From Candidatus Babeliales bacterium (GTDB taxonomy: Bacteria; Babelota; Babeliae; Babelales; JACPOV01): a stretch of 64,000 nucleotides of DNA. Positions 9,884 to 18,591 of the stretch are shown piece by piece (the stretch's first letter is position 1; every line of letters starts with the position of its first letter). The stretch covers positions 158,022-222,021 of the forward strand of contig JBFWNW010000003.1 of the NCBI GenBank assembly GCA_050250855.1, read 5' to 3'. The translations under genes and the position numbers were made by a program. The notes under the pieces were generated by a model, which was not told where the DNA came from, made no database searches, and saw nothing but the letters and a program-made list of their open reading frames with translations.

Positions 9884-10693
9884 ATGTTTATGATACGCAT
9901 TCTCATGTATCATGCTTTTCTTTTACTATTTTTATCTATTCCCTATCAAGCATGCGCACTTTTTTCTTTTAAAGATATGGCCAATTGGATGGCGGGCAAT
10001 AAACAAGAAACATTGCATAAAGAGTTTTCTTGTCCCCATGAATGCACCTTAAGTGTAGAAAATCATTATGGATCAATATACATTAAAAGTTGGGCACTTT
10101 CAAAAATTATGCTCCAAGCAACCAAAACGGCAAAAGATAAAGATCTTGATTGCGTGCCCTTTGAGACTGAAGTAACCAAAGATACGATTAGCATCACCAC
10201 ACAGCTTGATGCCAAAAAAACAAAACAAGCTCTTGATTATTATATTATGGTACCGGAACATGTTTGCTTAAAATTAGCAACTAAACAGGGAACTATTAAA
10301 GTAAAAAATGTACCGACAAGCATTCATGCAAAAGTACACAGCGGCTCAATAGAAATTCATGATGCACGCGGCAATCTGTTTTTAAAAAATGAAAATGGCA
10401 CCATTGTGGTAAGCATGCGCGAACTGCCAGCAACAACCCATCTAATGCTGGAAGCACATGGTGCACTGACGCTCTCGCTGCCCCTTGGCGCCAATGCGGA
10501 CATTAGCGCAAAAGCAACCAATGGCACTATAACGTCTGACCATTATGTGACGTTCAAACCGTTCACCACGAAATTAAATCAGCAAGCATGGTCTGCCTTT
10601 AAACGGGATATTAATGCGTATATAGGAAAAGATGGTGGCGCAGAGATAAAACTACTGGCCACCAATGGACATATTAAGATACTTGAATATTGA
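9884..10693 (+). CDS. Exported DUF4097/putative adhesin-like beta-repeat protein
   Basis: Signal-like N-terminus; repeated T/N-x-x-G-x-I-x-V strands; ends ATNGHIKI. Confidence 0.65.
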   Translation: MFMIRILMYHAFLLLFLSIPYQACALFSFKDMANWMAGNKQETLHKEFSCPHECTLSVENHYGSIYIKSWALSKIMLQATKTAKDKDLDCVPFETEVTKDTISITTQLDAKKTKQALDYYIMVPEHVCLKLATKQGTIKVKNVPTSIHAKVHSGSIEIHDARGNLFLKNENGTIVVSMRELPATTHLMLEAHGALTLSLPLGANADISAKATNGTITSDHYVTFKPFTTKLNQQAWSAFKRDINAYIGKDGGAEIKLLATNGHIKILEY

Positions 10694-10702
10694 GGTAGTC
10701 TA

Positions 10703-11419
10703 TCAATGAAACAACAGTGGAACAATAGTATTATGAGCCATATGAGAAATAACCGGTACTAAAGAAAGATTTGTGGTGCTTCTCAATGTACGGTGACGCA
10801 GGAAATTACGCACCCCGCTACCAATAGATAAAGGTAATGGATAACATGAATGGACACTAGCAAAAAGAATTGGCATTAAATAGTTACTCAATCTAGGCAT
10901 TATCGTAGATGGAGAATAGGTATACAAAAGTTCTTCAAATATTGGAGCAACTAGTATCGCACCTACCCAAGGTACTTTTTCTTGTGGAAAGCTTTTAGGG
11001 GTAAAAAGCAAATAATAAACTTTTGAAATTATCACGTTTTGAATAATTCCATAAAGAGTTACTCTTAATCCAGCATAGAGATTTTTTTTAAATGAAAATT
11101 GATCAACATTATCATGAAAATGGAAAACTCCTTTTTCATCTTTATAAAAACATGGGCTACCATTATTAAACTCACTAAGACCTAAATCTGATTTAATAGT
11201 TTGAATAATAGTACGAAAAAAGCCATCCTTCTTTGGTGCTTCATGTTTTTCAGGGCTGCAAGAAGGATTCTGCTTTTCAGCATGCTCTAAGCCTTGCTTG
11301 GCAAGAGCAGAGAGATTATTTTTATAGTTCTGCCATGAAAGATCTTGCTCTGAACTGGCCGGCTGCCAACCCAAAAACAAAACTATACATACTGCTATTT
11401 TTATTACATTCTTATTCAT
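10703..11419 (-). CDS. CPBP/Abi (type II CAAX protease-like) intramembrane metalloprotease with signal peptide
   Basis: APIFEELLY, FASVH and SHMAHN motifs in a hydrophobic C-terminal half. Confidence 0.7.
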   Translation of the reverse strand: MNKNVIKIAVCIVLFLGWQPASSEQDLSWQNYKNNLSALAKQGLEHAEKQNPSCSPEKHEAPKKDGFFRTIIQTIKSDLGLSEFNNGSPCFYKDEKGVFHFHDNVDQFSFKKNLYAGLRVTLYGIIQNVIISKVYYLLFTPKSFPQEKVPWVGAILVAPIFEELLYTYSPSTIMPRLSNYLMPILFASVHSCYPLPLSIGSGVRNFLRHRTLRSTTNLSLVPVISHMAHNTIVPLLFH

Positions 11420-11613
11420 AAAAACCTATAATATTTTAAAAGCTTTAATAATAACGACCCAGAGCACCAATTAGTCTTAACTAATATGCCAGAAAACCAT
11501 CTTTATGTACAGATACAAAACAGCCAAAATACCCATATCTCTATTGACTTTTTATGGATTTATGGCAAATTGGAAATATATAGCATCATGAACCCAAAAT
11601 AGAGAAAACACTT

Positions 11614-12531
11614 ATGACCCTTAAAAAGATAACTTTAGCCGCATTACTTGCCGCATACACCTGCCTGCCTCTACAGGCAATGGAAATCGATCCGTTTAAA
11701 AAGACTGGGATCCCTACTATGGATCAGCACAGCACCCTTGTTAAATTATATGCTGCTGGGATACAAAAATTTGTTAATAGTTCAGTTGGAAAAACAGTTA
11801 TGCCGTGGTATAGACAAAAATCTATTGATCTCTTAAAAAATAATCTTTTTTATGACCCCTCATCATATTTCGACGCAAGCCCAGAAATTCAACAGTTGGG
11901 TAAAGAAGCTCAAGAAAAATTAGAAATACCACAAGAACAGCAAGTTCCTATAAAACTTATGGCTATGAAAGTAAATATAGCAGCAGGATATACTCTCCCT
12001 ACAGGGATATTTATCGGGCCTCCTAGCAAGAGAGCTCGGGATAAATTAATCTTACTACATGAATCAGCGCATAAAAAATATTATGATTGCGAAATACATT
12101 CTATAGAAGAATTATTAAACCTTATTACAAGCTCTTCTCTAGCTTATTTTTGCACAAAGACTCTAAAAAATTTTAAATTGACAAATAATTCTCTTTCTAA
12201 AAAATTTTTAGGCATAACTTCATTTCTAGGATCCTTGAAACTATTAGGAATTGGTATAGATAATAGTAGTAAATTTCGAGAATCTCGTGCCGACTTTACA
12301 GCGTTCCATGCCCTTGGTTGCCATAAGTGTGTAAGTGAATATTCTGAATTTAGGCCCACTCAAGATTCTGATAGGGGTAAAGAACTGAGAAGAGAAGGTT
12401 ACTTTCCAAAAAACGATCTGGAAATCATTTCGGAAAAATTTCGTAAAGAAAATAGAGTTTGTGATTATCATGTTCAGCAGCAACAAAATATTTTCCAAAA
12501 AGCATGGCGAAATTTAAGGAACATCTTATGA
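11614..12531 (+). CDS. Secreted HExxH membrane metallopeptidase-like paralog A1
   Basis: Signal peptide ending LQA|ME; HESAH, two hydrophobic helices, ESRAD, CHKC, GYF, CDYH. Confidence 0.75.
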   Translation: MTLKKITLAALLAAYTCLPLQAMEIDPFKKTGIPTMDQHSTLVKLYAAGIQKFVNSSVGKTVMPWYRQKSIDLLKNNLFYDPSSYFDASPEIQQLGKEAQEKLEIPQEQQVPIKLMAMKVNIAAGYTLPTGIFIGPPSKRARDKLILLHESAHKKYYDCEIHSIEELLNLITSSSLAYFCTKTLKNFKLTNNSLSKKFLGITSFLGSLKLLGIGIDNSSKFRESRADFTAFHALGCHKCVSEYSEFRPTQDSDRGKELRREGYFPKNDLEIISEKFRKENRVCDYHVQQQQNIFQKAWRNLRNIL

Positions 12532-13469
12532 CCCTTAAAAAGATAACTTTAGCTGCATTACTTGCCGCATACAGTTGCGGCCTGCCTTTACAGGCGATGG
12601 AAATCAATCCGTTTAAAAAGACGGGCATTCCTACCATGGACCAGCACGGCACCCTTGTTAAAGTATGGGAAACAGGAATTCAAAAAGTTATTCAGCATAA
12701 TAGCTTTATACGCGAAACTTTTTTGCCCGGAATACGTAAAAAGCATAATGGGAACTGGGACCCTGCATGGCTCTCGGATGCAAATCCTGAAATACAACAA
12801 CTAGGCAAAGAGGCGCAAGAAAAATTAGAAATACCTCTGGAACAGCAAGTTCCCATAAAGCTTATGTATGGCAATCGTGCAGCTGGATACACTACCTCTA
12901 TGGGAATATTTGTCCAAGATTTTAATAACAGGTCTATAAATAGATTTGTCTTATTTCATGAGGCTGCGCATAGAAAATATTGGGATGACAAACATGAGCT
13001 GCATTTTGCATCAACAGATACAGATAGTTTATTAGGAGCAACAGGAAATTTTTTCTTAGCAAGTTCATTAACCTACCTATTAATCTCAAACGAGTTTAAA
13101 AGTATTGCAAAATATTTTGCACTTCCTCAAACGAAATTTTCAGCTATTGCAAAAATAAGCTCTTCAGTAGGATACTTACTAGCATTTAAAGCTTGGAGAG
13201 ATTATATAAATAATGAATATCCTAGTAAAAGAGATGCCTTTGTAGAATCTCGTGCCGATTATACAGCATTCCATGCTCTTGATTGTCATAAATGTATCAG
13301 TGAGAGTTCTGAATTAAGTGCTAGCCAAGATTCTGATAGAGGTAAAAAACATCGCGAACGAGGTTATTTTCTAAAAGAGGATATGGAAATCATTGCGGAA
13401 AAATTCCGTAAGGAAAATAAAATTTGTGATTATCATGCTCAGCAAAAAAATATTACACAGAATTTGTAA
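12528..13469 (+). CDS. Secreted HExxH membrane metallopeptidase-like paralog B1
   Basis: Start moved to the ATG at 12528 (AAGGA RBS, ATGA overlap with A1, matches paralogs); HEAAH, ESRAD, CHKC, CDYH. Confidence 0.75.
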   Translation: MTLKKITLAALLAAYSCGLPLQAMEINPFKKTGIPTMDQHGTLVKVWETGIQKVIQHNSFIRETFLPGIRKKHNGNWDPAWLSDANPEIQQLGKEAQEKLEIPLEQQVPIKLMYGNRAAGYTTSMGIFVQDFNNRSINRFVLFHEAAHRKYWDDKHELHFASTDTDSLLGATGNFFLASSLTYLLISNEFKSIAKYFALPQTKFSAIAKISSSVGYLLAFKAWRDYINNEYPSKRDAFVESRADYTAFHALDCHKCISESSELSASQDSDRGKKHRERGYFLKEDMEIIAEKFRKENKICDYHAQQKNITQNL

Positions 13470-13489
13470 ATAAAATAGAGAAAACACTT

Positions 13490-14368
13490 ATGAACCTTAA
13501 AAAAATAACCCTAACCGCATTACTTGCAGCATACAGTTGCGGCCTGCCTTTACAGGCAATGGAAATTGATCCCTTTAAAAAGACTGGCATCCCGACCATG
13601 GATCAGCACAGCACCCTTGTTAAATTATATGCAACTGGCATACAAAAATTTATTAATAGTTCAATTGGAAAAACAGTTATGCCGTGGTATAGAAACATAA
13701 ATGCTGCTCTATACAATATCTTTGATAATTCAGCGTCATATAAGGATGCAAGTCCAGAGGTTCAACAACTGGGAAAAGAAGCACAAGAGAAACTTGGCAT
13801 ACCCCCAGAACAACAAGTCCCTATAAAACTTAGTGGCAGCTTTTTATCAAATTATAATTCTTCTGCAGGAATATTTATCGGAGATAACTCCAATAACCCA
13901 ACAAATAGATGGATTCTATTTCATGAAGCGGCACACAGAAAATATTGGGATCCAGATATAGGATTACCAGAAGTTATTCTCAGCTTTCCTTTAACTTATT
14001 TCATTGGTACTAGCATTCCAAAAATCTTACAGGGATTAGGGCTTATAAATGAATGTAGTGAAGGAATTATCGCCTATTCAATTCTTGCATCATTTGGAAT
14101 GTTTTCCTATTTTTTAACAAAACATCAAGCCTTTCGTGAATCTCGTGCTGAGTATACAACTTTACATGCTCTTGATTGCTATGTATGCCCGACAGAAAGC
14201 TCTATATTACAATCTAGCCAAGATTCTGAGAGAGGCAAAGAAGAAAGAAAACTAGGTTATTTTTGTACGGAAGATGTACAAAAAGTAACAGATGAGTTGC
14301 GCAAAAAAAATAGATTATGTGCTTATCATGCTCAACAGCAACAAAATATTATCCAAAAAGCATGGTAA
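13490..14368 (+). CDS. Secreted HExxH membrane metallopeptidase-like paralog A2
   Basis: Same upstream AAAATAGAGAAAACACTT and N-terminus as A1; HEAAH, ESRAE, CYVC, CAYH. Confidence 0.75.
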   Translation: MNLKKITLTALLAAYSCGLPLQAMEIDPFKKTGIPTMDQHSTLVKLYATGIQKFINSSIGKTVMPWYRNINAALYNIFDNSASYKDASPEVQQLGKEAQEKLGIPPEQQVPIKLSGSFLSNYNSSAGIFIGDNSNNPTNRWILFHEAAHRKYWDPDIGLPEVILSFPLTYFIGTSIPKILQGLGLINECSEGIIAYSILASFGMFSYFLTKHQAFRESRAEYTTLHALDCYVCPTESSILQSSQDSERGKEERKLGYFCTEDVQKVTDELRKKNRLCAYHAQQQQNIIQKAW

Positions 14369-14385
14369 AACTTGAGGAACCTCTT

Positions 14386-15357
14386 ATGAACCTTAAAAAG
14401 ATAACTTTAGCAGCATTACTTGCCGCATACAGCTGCGGCCTACCTCTACAGGCGATGGAAATCAATCCCTTTAAAAAGACGGGCATTCCTACCATGGACC
14501 AGCACGGCACCCTTGTTAAAGTATGGGAAACAGGGATTCAAAAAGTTATTCAACATAATAGTTTTGTACGCGAAACGCTTCTGCCCAGAATACGTAAAGA
14601 AAATATCAATCACTTAAAGGGTAATGAATTTGAAGACCCTGCATTGCACTTTGATGCAAGTCCTGAAATGCAACAACTAGGCAAAGAGGCGCAAGAAAAA
14701 CTAGGCATAACACTAGAACAACAAGTTCCTATAAAAATTATGAAAAATGATGACCCTTTTGATGTTCTGGCCAAGCATAACTCGGCAGGAATATTTATAA
14801 AAAATTATAGTACAAAAGATGATTTGAATCAGGAGCTTAAAAAATCTTTAGATAAGCATGTATTATTTCATGAGTCAGCACACAGAAAATATTGGGATTC
14901 AGAGCTAGGAACGGAATTTTCACTGTTTCTAGCAGGATACCTTCCCATAGCTCTTTCTTCTTTTTATTTAGGATATTCAAAACGAGTTAAAAATACCATT
15001 GAACAATACATACCTGATCAAAATCCAGGAGATATACAATTTTTGGGAACATGTTCTTATCTTATTTCAATAGGATTGGCGTGGGCTTACTATGCATTTA
15101 TTAAATATCCTCAACAAAAAAGTGCTTTCATTGAATCTCGTGCCGATTATACCGCTTTACATGCCCTTGATTGCCACATTTGCGTAATAAATTGTTCTCA
15201 ATTGTGGATGAGCCAAGATTCTGATGGGGGCAAAGAAAGAAAAAAATTAGGTTATTTTCCAAAAGAAGATATCGAAATCATTGCAGAAAAACTCTATAAG
15301 AAAAATAGAATCTGTGATTATCATGCTCAGCAAAAAAATATTACACAAAATTTATAA
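14386..15357 (+). CDS. Secreted HExxH membrane metallopeptidase-like paralog B2
   Basis: Start moved to the ATG at 14386 (GAGGA RBS); N- and C-termini match B1; HESAH, ESRAD, CHIC, CDYH. Confidence 0.75.
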   Translation: MNLKKITLAALLAAYSCGLPLQAMEINPFKKTGIPTMDQHGTLVKVWETGIQKVIQHNSFVRETLLPRIRKENINHLKGNEFEDPALHFDASPEMQQLGKEAQEKLGITLEQQVPIKIMKNDDPFDVLAKHNSAGIFIKNYSTKDDLNQELKKSLDKHVLFHESAHRKYWDSELGTEFSLFLAGYLPIALSSFYLGYSKRVKNTIEQYIPDQNPGDIQFLGTCSYLISIGLAWAYYAFIKYPQQKSAFIESRADYTALHALDCHICVINCSQLWMSQDSDGGKERKKLGYFPKEDIEIIAEKLYKKNRICDYHAQQKNITQNL

Positions 15358-15457
15358 GATACCTAAAACTTTTTGCTTATTGTTTTATTTTTCATCTTTT
15401 GCATATTTTTGCTAGACTAAAATTTATATACACTAAAAATTTTATAGGTAAAAAAGT

Positions 15458-17215
15458 ATGAAGAAATCTCTTATATCCCTTAGTATCCTCTTTTTCTCTC
15501 TTACTTGTCTGCATGCAGCAACCGTTGATCTTAAACTTAATAAAATCGATGAAAAAACTTATAAAGCGGAAGTCAGCTTTGCACTCCAAGATGGCGAGCT
15601 CCTGTATCAACACGTTACTGATTTTTCTGTAGATAGTCCTTATGTCGCTCTAGGACCGGTCAACGCACACAAAAGCCCGCTTAATAAATATGACCCTATC
15701 AGTAAAGAAACGCGTTTGATTTTTGAGCATGACGTTACTTATAGCATGGATCTTGCCAATAAAAAAGAAGGCTCCAATCCTGCACGGTTTTACGTTACGT
15801 ATCAAACAAACCAACAAACAGTTCCTGATTATAAAATTTTTGAACTCCCATTTTCTGTAAAAGCAGCAGAAGAAACAACTTTAACTAAACCTGAAAAAGC
15901 TGCTGAACAAAAAACTGTTCATACGGCAAAGCAACAATCATGGCTTAATATTCATGCATGGTCTTCATTACTTTCTTCCGTTATTGAACAAAGTAAATCA
16001 TTGCCAATTCGTTTAGCATTAGTATTCTTGCTTGGCTTATTGCTCAGCTTAACGCCCTGCATTTATCCTATGATTCCGATCACCGTTGGCATTTTACAAA
16101 CACAACAAAAAAAATCAGTATTTCATAATTTTTTAAATGCTTTTGCTTACACTATAGGAATTTCTACTACGTTTGCTTGCCTTGGTCTCTTGGCAAGTTT
16201 TAGTGGCCCCATTTACGGCAAACTGCTCATGAGCCCTATTTCTGTAGGGATATTAGTTATAATGCTTGGGTATTTAGGATTATCTATGTTTGGACTTTAT
16301 GATATTCAAGTGCCACAATTTTTGCGTACTCAAAAAACAATGCCGACGGGTGCTTCTTATATTTCATCATTTTTATTTGGTGCTGCAAGCGGTACCATTG
16401 CTTCACCGTGCGTATCACCAGGACTTATTTTATTGCTCAGTATTGTTGCTGGCCTTGGCAGTGTTTTTCTTGGGTTTCTCTTGCTCTTTGCTTTTGGCGT
16501 AGGATTAAGTATGCCGTTATTGCTTATTGGCACTTTTTCAACATCACTGAATATACTACCCCGCGCAGGACTGTGGATGGTGGAAGTAAAAAAGATTTTT
16601 GGCATCATGCTCTTTGCCGTCTGCTTTTATTATTTGCATAATATTATGGCATTAACAACGCTCATGTATTTGATAAGTATATTTTTAATGGCCCTTGGTA
16701 CTTATTTTCTGGTAACAAGTCATAAAACAACTTCTTACGGCATTAAGCGCTATCATACGCTTATGGGATTTGTTTTGATATGCGCGTCACTTCTTTGCCT
16801 TGGTTATACCCTGCAGCATGCTTATTTAGTAGTGCCAGAAGAAAAACATGCTACTAATTTTTGGAACACCAATTATCAAGAAGCACGTCAAAAAGCAATC
16901 AATGAACACAAGTTATTATTCTTAGATTTTTGGGCAGAATATTGCAGCTTATGCAAAGCAATTAATAAAAAATTAATCTCTCAAGAAGGTATTAAAAAAG
17001 CTCTTCAAAAAACAGTACCAGTCAATATTAATGGTACTGATGAACAGCAAGAACCCTACAAAACGTTGCATACAAAGTTTTCTATTAAAGGCTTTCCGAC
17101 CTATTTACTCGTTGATCCAACTAATGAGCTTGTGCTCAAAGAATGGCACAGTGAGTTGTATCACATGGATGAAGAAACTTTTGTTCAGGAATTAGAGCTG
17201 TATACTAAACGATAA
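15458..17215 (+). CDS. dsbD: DsbD-like thiol:disulfide interchange protein
   Basis: LTPCIYPMIP and SPCVSP transmembrane cysteines; C-terminal thioredoxin WAEYCSLCK. Confidence 0.88.
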   Translation: MKKSLISLSILFFSLTCLHAATVDLKLNKIDEKTYKAEVSFALQDGELLYQHVTDFSVDSPYVALGPVNAHKSPLNKYDPISKETRLIFEHDVTYSMDLANKKEGSNPARFYVTYQTNQQTVPDYKIFELPFSVKAAEETTLTKPEKAAEQKTVHTAKQQSWLNIHAWSSLLSSVIEQSKSLPIRLALVFLLGLLLSLTPCIYPMIPITVGILQTQQKKSVFHNFLNAFAYTIGISTTFACLGLLASFSGPIYGKLLMSPISVGILVIMLGYLGLSMFGLYDIQVPQFLRTQKTMPTGASYISSFLFGAASGTIASPCVSPGLILLLSIVAGLGSVFLGFLLLFAFGVGLSMPLLLIGTFSTSLNILPRAGLWMVEVKKIFGIMLFAVCFYYLHNIMALTTLMYLISIFLMALGTYFLVTSHKTTSYGIKRYHTLMGFVLICASLLCLGYTLQHAYLVVPEEKHATNFWNTNYQEARQKAINEHKLLFLDFWAEYCSLCKAINKKLISQEGIKKALQKTVPVNINGTDEQQEPYKTLHTKFSIKGFPTYLLVDPTNELVLKEWHSELYHMDEETFVQELELYTKR

Positions 17216-17280
17216 AATTTAAAATTATACTATTTACTTTTAGTAAATTTGCACATTTAAAATACAGAACTTAGTTTATC

Positions 17281-17350
17281 CCGTTCGTGGTGAGGAGCAA
17301 ACTTGTTTAGTTTGCGTTCCTGTCCTGAGCTCGACGAAGGGTCGAACCAT
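17281..17350 (+). repeat. Palindromic intergenic element with a nested 23-bp mini-element
   Basis: CCGTTCGTGGTGAGG-AGCAAACTTGTTTAGTTTGC-GTT[CCTGTCCTGAGCTCGACGAAGGG]TCGAACCAT. Confidence 0.85.
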
Positions 17351-17402
17351 AACGACAAATTTCCTAAAAAAGATAAAACCATAAATCTTACTTTAATTTT
17401 GA

Positions 17403-17452
17403 GTTCGAATGGTTCGAGACGTTTTTCTTCGAAAAACCCTCACCACGAACGG
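17403..17452 (-). repeat. Palindromic intergenic element, inverted partner of 17281-17350
   Basis: Minus strand CCGTTCGTGGTGAGG-GTTTTTCGAAGAAAAAC-GTCTCGAACCATTCGAAC; nearly identical to 6204-6253. Confidence 0.85.
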
Positions 17453-17538
17453 AATATAGGATTTTAAGTATATACCTCTTAAGCCAATTTTGACTTAAAA
17501 ATTAGCCTTTTGCAACGCAAATTGTATCGAAGGGTAGT

Positions 17539-17877
17539 TTACGCACCGTGATACGAGGTATCTTTTCTCTCTTTCTCTTCTAGTTCTTTGCGTTTGGTAA
17601 TAATTTGACGGTACATAGTATCAATAACGCGGTCAAGTACGTCATAAAAATCTGGCCCCTCGTAATCTGAGTTTAAATAATAACGAGGTGTTTTAACTAA
17701 AATATGCACTTTGTGATGCGCATGAATTTTTGAAGGGTCAAGAAAAATTTCAAGATAAATAGGTTCACGTTCATGCTCAAGAATTTTTTCAATTTTTTTA
17801 ATCTGTTGGTTAATATAATCTTCCATTACTTGCGAGTGATCCATACCACGAAAGGTAATTTTTTTTTCCATAATCAT
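17539..17877 (-). CDS. hpf: Ribosome hibernation factor (HPF/RaiA family, short form)
   Basis: ITFRGMDHS....Y......K...D.Y...D...D....Q pattern, about 110 aa. Confidence 0.85.
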   Translation of the reverse strand: MIMEKKITFRGMDHSQVMEDYINQQIKKIEKILEHEREPIYLEIFLDPSKIHAHHKVHILVKTPRYYLNSDYEGPDFYDVLDRVIDTMYRQIITKRKELEEKERKDTSYHGA

Positions 17878-18012
17878 AGTTCCTTTTTTTATATTTTTAA
17901 CACCATAACTTTAGCAAAATCTCTGCTCCCCTGCAATAAACATTAAAGCCATTTGCATAATAACCAATCTTTTATGTATGCTTGGCATAAATAATTAAAA
18001 AAAGGAGCTCGT

Positions 18013-18591
18013 ATGAAAAAAATAATATCTTCCTTACTACTTCTAGCTACAGCAAATATATATGCTATCATGTTTGATGCTGAAACTGAAAAAAAAATGA
18101 AAAAAGGCAACGAACTTTTTTATTTTGAGTGCGTTGCATGCGAACAGCTCCTTGATGAAACATTTCCTCTCACGACTATTGCTAAAGCAACAAAAGATAA
18201 ATTTGATGCATTAAGACCAGGAACTATTCTCTATGCAGCGAGTTTTGAACAATCTCGTACCATAGCAACAGAACTTCTTGATATCATAGAAAATCAAACA
18301 GATTATCAAGAAGCCTTGCAGCAAGCACAAGCATTTGATACCAGTGAAGCATGGAGCATTGTGCACGCTATTGTCTATAAAAAAGCACGAGAACTCATTC
18401 AAGAAAAAAGCGACCTTGTTTTTCCATCACTCTTAAAAGATTACACTGATATGAAGTTAAAGCTTCGTGAATTTGCACAAGCAAATAAAACCATTGATCC
18501 TAAAAAGAATGGGCCTTATTTGGAAGCGCTTTCCTTTGTTATCTATCATATTGAATATATAAAAAAGGAATCACAAACGGTTGAAGATTAA
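18013..18591 (+). CDS. Hypothetical secreted protein
   Basis: AGGAG RBS; MKKIISSLLLLATANIYA signal peptide; helical; no recognised family. Confidence 0.75.
   Translation: MKKIISSLLLLATANIYAIMFDAETEKKMKKGNELFYFECVACEQLLDETFPLTTIAKATKDKFDALRPGTILYAASFEQSRTIATELLDIIENQTDYQEALQQAQAFDTSEAWSIVHAIVYKKARELIQEKSDLVFPSLLKDYTDMKLKLREFAQANKTIDPKKNGPYLEALSFVIYHIEYIKKESQTVED

Noticed and set aside
12504..14385. Longer ORF-track starts for paralogs 2 and 4 (12504 and 14317)
   Set aside because: Paralog alignment and RBS position place the starts at 12528 and 14386
11614..15357. Diversity-generating retroelement behind the variable paralogs
   Set aside because: No reverse transcriptase or template repeat is present; differences are not adenine-specific and include indels
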